A stretch of 63,687 nt of DNA, counting the filler, from Sphacelaria rigidula (lineage: Eukaryota), in assembly GCA_964200075.2 (NCBI GenBank). It is 11 parts of 11 records of this genome, joined end to end, with 100 filler letters (N's around TTAATTAATTAA, not from the genome) between each part and the next. Parts side by side here need not be neighbours in the genome. Positions count along the whole stretch, not along the records: positions 46,393 to 52,091 come from CAXNAA020025159.1; positions 52,192 to 57,889 come from CAXNAA020025160.1; positions 57,990 to 63,687 come from CAXNAA020025161.1; 8 more parts are not named here. One strand, written 5' to 3'. Positions 49,793-61,573 of this stretch are shown in pieces. The notes under the pieces were generated by a model. It did no database searches. It worked only from the letters and a program-made list of their open reading frames with translations, and had not been told where the DNA came from. Position numbers and translations under genes: made by a program. Each line of letters opens with the position of its first letter. The first letter of the stretch is position 1.

Positions 49793-50162
49793 CTGTGTTT
49801 GATTCATTGATTGTGCAATGGATTTGTCTGAACGACTGCCTGCTTGTTTGCTGCGTAGGTGATTGGTCAATCGAACGACTGATTGAGCAAGTAGTTGTCT
49901 TGACTCACATCAGTGGAACAGCCTTTATCACCCAAAATTCATCACAAGTTCCTCTATAAGCTGCTCCCAGCGAAGACGCAACGAGTGTCTCCGCATATCC
50001 ATCGCTGTCGCCCAAGATTTGAGAGTTGGGACCTGAGGTTAAGCCTCCAAAGAACGATCCATTCTCTAGGAATCGTTGAATAATGACACATTGATCGTGC
50101 TGTTGCAGCAAAGTACATGTCGAGATAACACAGCAACAAGATGGAGAGAGTGTGTCCATTCA

Positions 50163-50241
50163 GGGGGGGGGGCGTACTCATTTGTTGCTTGCCTTAGTCG
50201 TTTGACCATTGACCACGCATCCCTTTCGAGACGGGGGGGGG
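50163..50241 (-). mobile_element. Family B oligo-C-terminated copy bounded by G-runs on both sides, in a TOR intron
   Basis: G-run + CGTACTCATTTGTTGCTTGCCTTAGTCGTTTGACCATTGACCACGCATCCCTTTCGAGAC + G-run. Confidence 0.82.
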
Positions 50242-50276
50242 TTCTGAATACACTCGAGAGTGTCTCATGTACTCAC

Positions 50277-50396
50277 TGGTAGGCGCATATGCGGTACAGA
50301 TACTGAAGCGCGTCAGGCAGGGATCTCCTACCGAACCAGCGAGGAGCATACTTGGCCAGGCGTGGCAGGAGATCTGTCACTGACTTCCGCACCAAC
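50277..50396 (-). CDS. TOR: TOR kinase exon b (LVRKSVTDLLPRLAKYAPRWFGRRSLPDALQYLYRICAY)
   Basis: CAG acceptor, GTGAGT donor, phase 2/2; LVRxSxxxLLPRxA motif of TOR. Confidence 0.9.
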
Positions 50397-50970
50397 CTGA
50401 GGTTTTGAAACAAAAATGAAACGGGTACGACAAGTCGAAAAAAAATATGGACGAAATGGAGAGGAAAGACACACAAACACTAAGGGCAGCATATGCAAGC
50501 TAAGCGTTGACATTCAATTGGCTGCCGTTAGACCGTTATCAACGTGATTTATCCGGCATCATTTACAACATCGAAGTTAAACTATCAGGGCACCCTCAAA
50601 CTGGAGGAGATATCCTGTCATGAAAGCAAGAGAAAGATTTGAAAAAAAAAACAAGACTGCTCGATACTGTACCAAAAATCCCAACTCAACATACCAATCT
50701 CAATACTTTTTCCTGAAAATTAATAAAAATATACGTAAGCTTGAACAAACAGTAATAAACTCCTGCCGTTTTCACAAACCGAACCGAACCGAACCGAACC
50801 AAAACGAAACAAAACTGCGTTGAACGAACAAGTATTCTCCATAAATAATCCTGAACAAAACAAGGATCATCAAGGATATTGCGCCACTACATCCCTACGC
50901 TTCGACAACAATTCCAGTACATACTCACGCGTGCGCAACCTAAACATAACTCATTTTTCAAAACACTCAC

Positions 50971-51144
50971 GAGCTATCGCTGTCCTTGAGTTTCATGATG
51001 TTTTTGCCGATTGGAGGCGCACGGGCGATCATGAAGGACCCGCCGTGGTCAAGCATAGCCCTCGTCATCAGAATCGACCCATGCACTTCTGCCTCCGTGC
51101 GCTTTTTGAAACCACGGTCAATCTGGATGTACACTGAATATAGC
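50971..51144 (-). CDS. TOR: TOR kinase exon a (LYSVYIQIDRGFKKRTEAEVHGSILMTRAMLDHGGSFMIARAPPIGKNIMKLKDSDS)
   Basis: CAG acceptor, GTGAGT donor, phase 2/2; HGSxL...GxFM motif of the TOR HEAT region. Confidence 0.87.
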
Positions 51145-52009
51145 CTGTCCACACAGACAAAGGAAATTCATTGAAAAACGAAACAAGAGCAAACCGCAAA
51201 GAGTCAACGGTGTGCTCACGCAACATTGCAAGCGGACTCCCGGGTCACTCATGGTTGGATGTGTTTCGGTAGTTATTCATGTCGTGAGGCCAGCGGTCTG
51301 TGCTCGAGAGGAATGGGTGCAGTAGGTTTCATCCATGAGAAGGGGGGGTATCATATCGGTACAGTTGCAGTACAGCCTGTCTTCTCACCACATGTACGTG
51401 TGGATTCTCAGCTGAGCACTGAACGTGCGACAAATTAATGAATCGGTCATCAATCAGGCGCGCAGCCAAACAGTGCAGGACAGTCTACGTATACCCACGA
51501 GCACCCAGAGAACGTCAGGGAGGAAAAACAGATATGCCTCAATTTCAACTTCTTGGACAAGCGGGAGATATCAAGACATCGACTGTTGATTGGTCACCGG
51601 GAAGAAAGGTCACAAAAAATGACAAACGGCAACATTTGAAGACCCCATTTTGCAGTAAGTTCACGCGCTGGAGACCACGATTATAAACACGGCATGTCTC
51701 TTGTAATAGGGCGGGTGGTGTTCACCATCAAGCACGAGCTCCTCGTGTATATCGTTGAGGTTACCGGTGCTGAATGCCGGGTGGTGATACTGTTCCGAAC
51801 TTCTGTTCGAGGCTCAAGGGGTGAGGTACATGTTGAATGTTGAAAGGTTGGCAAGGTAGGTAGGCAGGGTCTGAGTCAGTGTGAAACAAGACGAAAAACG
51901 GGGCCAGTAGGATTTCTGCCGAAAACAGTATTCCCCTTGAGATGTGTGTAGGAGAGAATGTAACACAGTAGAGAGTTTCATCTCGCTCTCGTCACACTTC
52001 GTTTTTGAA

Positions 52010-52091
52010 CCCCCCGCCATGAGGCAGTGCATAAGCCGTGGCTGTCTCTGGAAGTGGCGATACCACAGAATAAGGCAACTCATTGTTGGCT
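52010..52091 (+). mobile_element. 5' part of a family A copy, cut by the contig end
   Basis: CCCCCCGCCATGAGGCAGTGCATAAGCCGTGGCTGTCTCTGGAAGTGGCGATACCA matches the A copies. Confidence 0.7.
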
Positions 52092-52224
52092 NNNNNNNNN
52101 NNNNNNNNNNNNNNNNNNNNNNNNNNNNNNNNNNNTTAATTAATTAANNNNNNNNNNNNNNNNNNNNNNNNNNNNNNNNNNNNNNNNNNNNACTGACGTC
52201 CTTCCTTCTGCCTCTGCTCTTGTT

Positions 52225-52341
52225 TCCATCCTCCCTCCTACTTCCTCCTCCTCCTCCTCCTCCTTCTCCTCCTCCTCCTCCTCCTCCTTCTCCTCCTCCT
52301 CCTCCTTCTCCTCCTCCTTCTCCTTCTCCTCCTCCTCCCTC
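52225..52341. repeat. (CCT/TCT)n microsatellite
   Basis: Direct observation. Confidence 0.95.
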
Positions 52342-52530
52342 ATCATCTCTCAGCCCCCTGCCCCAGACCCTACCTGGAACCCTCCACATGTGTATAGTGT
52401 GTACTGAAGTGTGTGCGTGTGCGTACGGACTGCTATATGTCATATATTGCTGCTGTGCAGCTGTAGATGAAAATGTGAGAAGGCCCGAGAGTCCGCGACG
52501 CAGCGACAAATGCCCGCGCTGTGTATCCAC

Positions 52531-54594
52531 TAGAGGTGGGCACCGGATCGCAAGAACAAAAAATAGTTACCGCATAAGAGGCGCTATTCTCAAACCAAAA
52601 ACCGGTTTAAGCGAGTTTTTTTTAGCAGGTTTATGACCCACCTATATGACAAGTACGAATCTCTTTTTTTTTCAAACTTGGGGGGGGGAAATCGGGAAAC
52701 GCATTGCATGGACACGGATTTGGACCAAATCGGGAGCGAAAAAATCGGGGGGTCATGATCTTGGAACATTTTCCCCCGAGTTTTCGAAAAAAATCGGGAG
52801 AAATAGTTCCAAGATCGTGATTCCCCCCGATTTTTTGAGGTGACGTACGTGCACTGACGTACAATGCTAGAGTATGAGGCGTTTGATATTTTTGCACGGC
52901 AGCAGAAGACAGCCTCGTGACAGCACAGGGCGTGCCTATTGCCCGCCCCAGCTGCTGAAGCAACTCTGCACGGGGTTTGACAAGCGGATAACAAGTGCTG
53001 ACGCCGTACCCTGCGGCGATAGTAATTTTTTATGCTGCGCTGCGCTGCCAAATGTGTCACTATAACGAACGCTACTGAACTCTGCTCGCGCACTGTTTGT
53101 TCTCTGTTCTCGTAATACCGGCTGTGCCATCATGTACCACCACACGGCATTATCATGTACTGTACTGATGTAGTGTCCTGCACTGTATTACCGTATGGTA
53201 CCAAGATATGGCACTGTTCTCGAAGGGTTGTTTACCGCCTGCCTGCTCTTTGGCTTCATGCACAAGTACGCAGCACCACACTCTTGAAGAAAATGACCGT
53301 ATGTGTACAGAACCGTTTCATAAATCTGTGGCACTGTACTGTCTGTGCCATCAAACGGTCCCCCCGATTTTGTGTCCACGAATTTGAGTTCCCCCGATTT
53401 TTCAAAATCGGGGTCCAAAAAAAATCGAGGTTTGTTGCCATAAAAGTGGGTCCAACCGGTTCACCGAAAAGCCGGTTCAACCTGATGAGCAAGGGGAAAC
53501 GCCTCCAAATCATCGGAGCGCAGGTGAATTCTGCGTTGTTGTCGTGTGTTTCGTGTGTGGTGGGTGATGCCGAACACACCCATTGCCGGTGACGGCAAGG
53601 TTCATTCTCACACCTCCGCAGCCGTGCAACACCTGTCGAACTCACAGCGCAGTGGCTGGTGACAATTAGTTTAGTGCATGATAGGAAATGGTGTTGGTGA
53701 TTACTTGAACAGCTGCTGTTCAAATTTGGCACCTGAATCTAGCCAATTCAGGGTGTCGAAAGGAAAAACTGTAGTAGTAGGCGCCTGAACTGTTCACTTT
53801 GTAATTTCTTCGTAATTGGCGATTTTCTTGGCGCTTTCGCTTGCCATCGCTTGTAACATTGGGGATCTGAAGATACTTATATCCGCTCCACATTTGAAGA
53901 AGAAACATCCATCTCTACTCAATATTGAGTGATTCACGAGCGTACCGGTCATCGGGGGTCCTGCCACATTTCAGCCCAGATTCTGACTCTTCGGTATGTT
54001 CGGTCGATCGAGCCTGTCCCGATCGTATTTGTGCAGAAATGTACAGGCTTTTTTCTTTTTTTTTATCCTCCTACGCATTGCACTAGAGTCGAAATACTGT
54101 ATTTCACGGTAAATAAAATCCTTCTGATAAACGGGGTATCTACTCGTATCGCCTGATACCACCAACTGGAACTTACTTGGGCACTGTGTTTTGAGGCTGA
54201 TCTGCTTTTTTAACCAAAATCTACCGAAGCTAGCACTTCGAGTTCTATTGAAGAGTAGTACGCGAGAAAACCCCCGAAACAACCCTGAACAGTTCAGGCG
54301 CCCAGTACTGTATGCACCCCACACCCCGCCCGCCCTTGCAACCCAATGCCCAACAATACGAGGGAGGAGCAGGAGTCATGCTATTCCTCAACTTTAATCT
54401 TTGCAATCAAACCGGTTGCACCGGTTCACCGAAAAAACTGGTTTAACCGCCAAAATGGCATATTTCACGGTTACACCGGTTTAACCGGGGATGAAAAGCT
54501 CCGTTTTTTTTTCAGAACCGTCACCGGTAAACGCCTGTTGGGGTTTCTAAGAACCGGTTATAACCGGTCTATCTCTGACATGTGCCCACCTCTA
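52531..54594. mobile_element. Non-autonomous hAT-like element (~2.06 kb) with AACCGG subterminal repeats
   Basis: 13-bp TIR TAGAGGTGGGCAC; 8-bp flanks GTATCCAC / GGTTCCAC (6 of 8 identical). Confidence 0.78.
52635..53452. mobile_element. TIR element nested in the hAT-like element
   Basis: GACCCACCTATATGACAA ... TTGCCATAAAAGTGGGTC termini, many AAATCGGG/CCCGATTT motifs; no clear target duplication. Confidence 0.65.
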
Positions 54595-54689
54595 GGTTCC
54601 ACACACAAAATGACACCCCAGCGGTTGAAGATAATGGCGAACAGAAGGGTTTCGGATAGGGAGAAGAAAATGCGCGACAGGAGGCATGA

Positions 54690-54895
54690 CCCTACACGTT
54701 ACACGTTCACGTTCCACGTTTCACTTCAAAAGTTAAGATAGGCTAGTAATAGGGTGGGGGGAGATCACGTAGGGAGCCCTGATTTGACTTGATTCTCGAA
54801 CAGGGCTCCCCACGTGGTCCCCGTCCCCCACCGTAGTACCAGCCTGGCTTAAGCTTTGACGTGAAACGTGAAACGTGATCGTGTAACGTGTAGGG
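54690..54895. repeat. ~205-bp imperfect hairpin, possibly a MITE nested at the centre of another MITE
   Basis: Outer arms CCCTACACGTTACACG / CGTGTAACGTGTAGGG; inner arms AGGCT.GTA...GGGAGCCCTG / CAGGGCTCCC...TACCAGCCT. Confidence 0.78.
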
Positions 54896-55724
54896 CCCTA
54901 CAAGGAGGAGGTCTGTTTGTCTGTCTGTAGGTTTTCTGCCCGGGGAAATCGCAAGTCTGCGCTGTCCTGTTGGAAACCTGCGCCAGGTAATCCCAATTAT
55001 GCTGTATCCTATCTAGAAGCTGCTGTTTTTTTCACGGCCGTTTTTATGCGCAAAAAAACGATGAGGGGTGTCGTGATGTCATTCGGTGCTTGTCTTGATA
55101 TACTTGGTATGCTTGTACGAATGGCTGTCCCTCGAGAGGTCGAAGGACAGAACCTTGCGATTCTTAGTTCTTTGGTTGGTGGTGTTTGGATCTTGAGTTA
55201 CGCCCGTAGTCGGACCCTATGTTGATTTCTACTTGGCCTCGCGGGTCGAGTTGGAAAGTCTGGCGCCACCACCTGAAGTCCGAATGGCCACCCATGGCAC
55301 CGGATATTTTGAGGTTAGCCATATTTATTTTCTTTCCTCTCGATTATTTACTCCTGTTTTGCTTGTATCGTGTGTGTGAGTTTTTTCTGGGTCTATATTT
55401 ATTTTTTTGGTTTTGTTTGATTTTCTCATACCTTATTATAGGTAGCTAGTCTGTTACCACGGAAGGCGTCTGCATCAGATGCCCAGTACGAATGTACCGC
55501 GCAAATATCGGAACGGTTTTCAATGTGAAGACAGCAACAACAGAAACGGTGTTCTGCTTTTTCCGCGGCCGAAGAAGGAGTCAAGGCCTAGTAACCGGCC
55601 GGGAGTTACTTCGGCTATGTCCTTTCCCACCCATATCCACACACGCCTGAGGGGCCTCAGAAATCACCAAGGTACATGTGTTACTCGAAAACTCAATTCC
55701 AAGATCAAAGGCACGGTACCCCCA

Positions 55725-55985
55725 CATTCTTATCATGTAAAATTTAAAACGCCGGGTTTTCACCCCGCTGTACGCAGACATGTGAGAGACAGCCGTATGT
55801 ACGAATATACTACAATAGACATAGCCTAAAAACATCACGTAAGAGCACACCACATCAGGGAAGGGTATAACGGAAGGAAGGAATTAACGAGCAAAAGAGA
55901 GACGTGGGGGGATGATACGTATTCCTGCCACCTCTGCCATGTTCGGTCCGGTACATATCTGGCTAAACGTTGTGCCATCTAGACT
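55725..55985 (-). mobile_element. Fragment of an RTE LINE 3' UTR related to 13240-13500
   Basis: Shared TAGCCAGATATGTA, GCAGGAATAC, TTCCTTCCTTCC, GATGTGGTGTG, TCGTACATACGG and ATGTCTGCGTAC in the same order. Confidence 0.7.
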
Positions 55986-56833
55986 CCGTGATATATCTGT
56001 AGCCCGCGGTTTACAATCTGTGCGCCTCCACACCACTCACTAGCAACACGAGGAATGATCGCATTCATAGCCACCAACGAGTAGTACTATGCAATATCTC
56101 GCATCCATTACTTTGGTGTACTCTACGAATACAGTCGTCGAGAAATCTTGCCAATCATCATACCCGTCGATGCTCGACAACCTGGGATTTGCGTTGCGCC
56201 GTACAGGACAGCACTGTCCATTTTACTCGACATGCACGAGCAACACCACACAGGCACACCCTCAGTGTGAATTTCGCGGTCAACTCTCATGATCAGGTAC
56301 TGACCGGCAGCTCCTAGTAAGTAAACGTACTGCGGAACTCTGTGTACGTCGGGCGCACACGTGCAAGTGAGTGACAACTTCGTGCACATTCCTCAATTCC
56401 GCGAGTTTCACCCGCAGTCCGCGCGCCATGTCGGGAAATTTCACGGTACGATAGCTTCAACCGTGGAATCAGGTGTATCAAACTTATGAAAACGAATTCC
56501 TCCGAGTTCAACAAGCTCAGCACAGCGTCCAGTGAGCTCGAGCAAAGTGGAACGCACGGACCAAGATACCCATGTATTGCAATGCACACTGTCGCACCAT
56601 CATGAAAGTTGTCACTGGACTCTATGGCTAAGGACGCCCGACGTACTTCACGATCTCGAGCTGCGTCCAACAATCAAAGGGCCGTCGAAATTGGAAGGCC
56701 TCTCTTTAACTCGAAGCAACGTTTTGGGGAAGTGTCCTCGAGAATGTCAAAAGATGCAGGGGGCTTGAGCTGACACCAAGACACGGGGCAGTATGGAGTT
56801 TTATCGAGTGATTGATTGATTGTCGTAGATTAA

Positions 56834-56951
56834 CCCTTTTGGAACCCATTGACGATGTTTGTTTTCGTGAATCAGCATCATTTTCATCCATTTCCAAGGC
56901 AAAATGATGGCGATTTACAAGAACAAAAATCATCAATGGGTTCCAAAAGGG
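56834..56951. mobile_element. piggyBac-like MITE, 118 bp, inserted in a (CAAT)n-tailed retroposon (56805-57240, minus)
   Basis: Perfect 19-bp TIR CCCTTTTGGAACCCATTGA; TTAA on both sides; related empty site ATCAGTTAATGTGCGACAATC at ~24495. Confidence 0.9.
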
Positions 56952-57624
56952 TTAACTGATTCCCGAGGGAGGTATGTAGCCGTGTTCACAATATACACGT
57001 ACCGAAGATTAACGAAACGGAAGCAGTCGCTGGAGAAGAGTAGATAAAACAGAACGGTGAAACAGACAGAGTAGACCGGTGGAGGGAGGACAACGAACGA
57101 ACAGAGCAAAGGCAAAGAACGAATGAAAATGACCGGCCGTTCCAGCATGGCTCCAGGTGGGAAAAGGTCTTGCGCAAAATCACAGGCACTCGCACCCGAA
57201 CGAAAAGAAAATATACGTGGGAATAGATTGCGGCTCATCTATCTCGGCCACACTATTGTGGGTGTACGTTTTTAGAACTCCAACTTGACGGCGCCAACGA
57301 CCTGCACCTGAGAGACTTGACCTCCGAAGCTGAAACCTTCTGGCTTGACTGTCACCTGCATACACTTGGGTGATCAACAAACGGCAGCGTTTTGAAGATT
57401 TGGCCACTGAAAAGACGGTGGCATGCACCGCAAACCCCCTCCCGGCTATGTACTTCGTTTTTTCTACAAAACGTGATAGTAGATGTATCGTACTGCGCTG
57501 GTGTACTGCGCTGGTATGTTCGATCACACGTCGTGTTTTGTTGCCTACTACTTGGAGGGTGCAGAAAGGGAGATACCAAGGTCTTCATATCAAAGCAGCC
57601 ACCGCCCCCTTTTCGCCAAGTAGA

Positions 57625-57889
57625 GGTCGCCCCGGTGGCTCAGTTGGTAACCTCGTAACCTTCTGATGGTTGAGTAGGGGTGTTCGATTCCCGGAGCGAG
57701 ATCGAGGGAAAATGACTGCTGGATCCCTCTCGCGATAAAAATAAAAGGCAAGCACCGCAGAAGGAAGGTGGGGTATTTAAATCAAATAAAAGAGAAGAAG
57801 CTCCTGTTTTGAACTTCCTCCTGTGTGACCCCGGCTGATGCGCCCACATACACCGAAAAGGTGTAGACTGGTGCCCAGAGTAAATGGGA
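57625..57889 (+). mobile_element. tRNA-derived SINE with an internal deletion, cut by the contig end
   Basis: GGTCGCCCCGGTGGCTCAGTTGG...GTTCGATTCCC head joined directly to the GAGGGAAA body segment. Confidence 0.85.
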
Positions 57890-59090
57890 NNNNNNNNNNN
57901 NNNNNNNNNNNNNNNNNNNNNNNNNNNNNNNNNTTAATTAATTAANNNNNNNNNNNNNNNNNNNNNNNNNNNNNNNNNNNNNNNNNNNNAATATCGCCAA
58001 CCAAATAACTAAGAATCACAACGTTCCATCTTGCGGCCTCTCGAGGGACAGCCATAAGCACATATCTACAAATATATATGACTTTTCTTTTTGTGTTTGG
58101 TTATGCTTGTCGTTTCTTTTATTATTTTGCTCCCCCAGTTCCCAGTATTCCGTTTGCTTGCTCTGTTTTCCTTTTTTTTCCTCCCTCTGTCGTATTCCAT
58201 CACCAGGGTTTTCTTCTTTCTCACGGTGGGTACGATACGTCTGTCTTGTGGATAATGACAAGTCCCTCGGGGATCTGTCTAAGTCGGACAATCAATCAAT
58301 CGATCATCAGTAAATTAATTAACCAAATAGTGACCTTACAGGGAATCAGGCTAACACATAATAGGCAGACGTCCATACTTCAGCGATCATCTGTCTACCC
58401 AAATCTATCATCTTTTTCTTTTGGCAATGCCTGCTGTGTACATGTAGATGAGACCACATCTAGATGTTCACCCCGGCCTCAGTATCCCTATGGCCTAGCC
58501 TCTTGCCTGGGAAGATATCACACCCTAGACAGTAGATAACATTGTCAGCAAGTGTACCGCGTACAATATGGATTCCAATGTCTATCGCAATAGACGAAAT
58601 AGTCTATTCTGTACGCAGTACACTTTCTGACAACGTGATGCTATTGTCCAGGGTGTGGACGGTGTGCAATCGTTTTTCACCGGAGGTCCCACTACAGTGC
58701 GGTTAACATTACGTGGTACGCGTCCGATCCGCTGTACTATCAAGTAATTGCACTACAGTATGCCACTATAACGCGATGTCCTGTTATAGTGCGGGTCCCA
58801 GTATAGTGCTTTCATGCTGGTGACCCACCCCACCATGCCGGAATCCCCGTTGTTAAGACTTGATCTCTTGTAGCCCATATCCCCTTTTCTATTGATTTGA
58901 TTCATTATCTCACATTAGCTGACAGGAGCCGCAAAAAAAAAAAAAAAACTCTACGAGTCGGTGATTTGAACTCTAGTTTGATGTTGCCACTCCCCTACCC
59001 ACACAGCTGGCCAGTTGATGCCCTGCAGATATACATTGCTTGTAGAATCTGCTCGTTGTAGACCCAAGTCATACATCTGTGGTCAATCTT

Positions 59091-59286
59091 CACCGTAGAT
59101 TTGCAGTAACCACGGTAGATTGGCAGTGACTGTATCTCGGGTTTGTGAGGACTGACCCGTAGATTTGTGGCGACCTATATATCGTAGGTTTGTGGTGACT
59201 ATATACCGTAGACTTGTAGCGACTGTATCCTAGATAAGTAGTGACTACCGTAGATTTGTAGTGACGGTACCGTAGATCTGCAGGAC
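59091..59286. repeat. Degenerate 20-24-bp minisatellite, ~9 units
   Basis: Consensus approximately ACCGTAGATTTGTAGTGACT. Confidence 0.8.
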
Positions 59287-59425
59287 TTGCACCGCTCATA
59301 ATGCATCTACAACAGTGTCTCCAAGGGCGGGCGGTACAGGAAAAGAGGATGGTTTTGTCTAATTTTACTCTTTTTCATTCGGTTTTTGTTCCGAAAATGG
59401 GGTACTGCGATGTGGACATATACAG

Positions 59426-59566
59426 GCGATGGGTAACGAGCTCACCCACGAGATGACGATGACGGACTTCACCCCCCTCGATGTGGACGAAATGGTGACG
59501 GCCTACAAGCAGTCGAAGAGCAGAGTCATCCTATTCGACTACGGGGGATCACTGTTGGAGAAGGAG
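59426..59566 (+). CDS. TPS: Trehalose-6-phosphate synthase/phosphatase, exon at the start of the TPP (HAD) domain
   Basis: AMGNELTHEMTMTDFTPLDVDEMVTAYKQSKSRVILFDYGGSLLEKE; CAG acceptor, GTGAGC donor; FxxLxxxxxxxAYxxSxxRxIxxDY pattern of TPS-TPP fusions. Confidence 0.88.
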
Positions 59567-59859
59567 GTGAGCCAGACTGCATAAGTTACCATGATAACCA
59601 GCGAGCATTTTGTTCAACACTTGGAGCGGACACAGATGAACGCGTACGTCTAGCAGCCGTTTAATCCATAGACGCAGGCTCCTCTTTATCTGAATCCATG
59701 CGGCAAGGGTCTCTCCTTCCTTTTTCCCTCCGAGCCGCCATCACTTCTTGCTACTCTACTGCATTACCACTGCTTCGCCTGGTGTGTTTTCTTATTTTCC
59801 TTTTATTCTTTTTTTTTATCCGATTTACTCTGTTTGCTCTCTCCGCACGTCCATTTCAT

Positions 59860-59870
59860 CCCCCCCCCCC

Positions 59871-59902
<32 letters not shown>

Positions 59903-59954
59903 ACTATCGCCCCCCCTATCAGGCAAGCAACAAATGAGTACGCCCCCACTATCG
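59860..59954 (+). mobile_element. Very short family B copy with a 12-bp target duplication
   Basis: CCCCCACTATCG (59898-59909 and 59943-59954) flanks CCCCCCCTATCAGGCAAGCAACAAATGAGTACG. Confidence 0.8.
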
Positions 59955-61573
59955 AGCGTCCCTCAGCTAGTGTTGGCGTGTGTTTTTTACTCTGGGTACG
60001 AATCTTTCTCGTCAAGATGGCTCAAGTCGTTGCGGATCAGCCACAAATGATCATGTGCGACAACCGACCCATCGATATCATGCTGTGACTCATGGCTCAT
60101 GTATTAGTATTATTAGTCGTATGTGTTTGACCAAGAAAATTCTTTGTGGCAGATCTTCAGTGATCGTCGATCTCCACGGCGTTTCACGCTGCGATGACCT
60201 TATCTAGCTATCTTTTCTGAGAAGAAGGTATCAGAAAGCGTGGTCGTGAACCAGTTAACCGGTTCGTTTAACCGTATGAGCAACGGACCTGGAAAATGAC
60301 TGAATTTATGTTTATGTTGCGGCTCAAACTTCTCTCAACACCCGTTTCTCGTGTTGATTTGCTTCTTTGGAGTATGACGGGAAGAGCAAAAGGGCGTTCA
60401 TGTACTGGGTAGTTTGCTCACCTTACCTCGACCAACGGAATAATCCTCACGTCTCGGGACGACGAGGTCGGTCTCATGAACGGGTCTGTTCCCCCCCCCC
60501 CCCCAAATCTCCGGGGTTTTGGGGAAGGGATTTTTTTTCGAGAAATGTGGGGGGCGGTTTTCTTAGCGGGGTTTTTCTAANNNNNNNNNNCCTTCCCCCG
60601 CCCAAAAGGCAATCCCCCCCCCCCCGGGCCGCCGGGGGCGTTTCTCAAAGCGGGGTCTGTCCCCCCCCCCCCCCCCCGAATTCTCCGAGTTTTTGGGAAA
60701 TCATTTTTTCTGCGAAAATTGTGGGAGCAGCTTTCTTAACCGGGTTTTTCCGAACATCTACCATCGGAAGTATTTTCTTCAGTTTATTTTTTTCTTTCGG
60801 AAAAATCGGTAAAAAAAAACCCAATTTTTTGGGGCCGTGAAAAAAATGGAACGATTGCCTCGTTAAGAATACCCCTAGAGAAGGTTGAGAAGAGAATGTG
60901 CCGTAAACAGCATATGCGCAAACCCTGTAGGCTGTAGAAGCGTGTTTATTATCCATGTTTGCGTGCCACAATGCATCATATTGGTAACACACGGTGCACG
61001 TTTTTGACTATCGAGTTGGTGACTCGATCACATTAGTGTACCAACAATGGACTCAAGACAAGGATTCCAAAAGTTTACCGATCAAGGGTTATTGTTCATG
61101 TACACCTGTGTTATGATGAATTGTTTCATTCTGTATTGGTGTTTTATTGGAAAATTGAAACGGACGAGTCATCTGCAGTAATCATTCCCACTTCTATTTT
61201 GAGTTGTAAATGCAGAAGGGAGAAATGGCAACAGGAAAAATTTCGTACATAGGTTTCATTTAGCAGATCACCACCTTGTCTCTGATCCTCCCTGTGCAGT
61301 CCAATCATCACCAAAAACTAAGAAAAATATATATATATATATATATATATTTCCTGCGATGAAACGTGTATGGTGCATTTCACAGCCAGGCGTAGAGGCT
61401 TGATGATCTGTACAGAAGAGATCAATCGCCGTAAGTATATGTATGTGTAAAAGTGTTGGGTTGGATGCGCTCTTGGTCACCGGTTCACCTTTCGTAAATG
61501 CCGTTTGTGTTCGCGTATCCCCAACTTGTACGTTTTTGTGTACGTGCGCTGCCGTGTCGTCCTCTGTCGTTAG

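Noticed and set aside
52140..52636. Poly-Glu, poly-Gly and poly-Pro ORFs
   Set aside because: Translations of a CCT microsatellite. Poly-Pro/Gly ORFs near 28820, 59860 and 63130 are likewise homopolymer read-through.
53476..53528. Hammerhead-ribozyme-like string (CTGATGAG...GAAAC...stem...GGTGAA)
   Set aside because: Stem II cannot close (G opposite G) and the cleavage triplet is GCA instead of GUH. It reads equally well as a short ATG-exon with a GT donor, and no second copy was seen.
57625..57700. tRNA gene
   Set aside because: A and B boxes are present but there is no convincing cloverleaf, and it is fused to a repeated body, so it is a SINE head. The same applies near 2810-2887, 27730-27807 and 38040-38114.
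5700..57989. Regular 5.8-kb periodicity with a TTAATTAATTAA palindrome as a biological array
   Set aside because: It is a synthetic six-frame-stop linker padded with Ns.
59091..59286. CRISPR-like array
   Set aside because: Adjacent degenerate units with no unique spacers, in eukaryotic DNA with no cas genes.
60480..60850. Duplicated GGGTCTGT-poly-C segments around an N gap, with a 157-aa ORF
   Set aside because: Probably a scaffolding or read-quality artefact inside a TPS intron.
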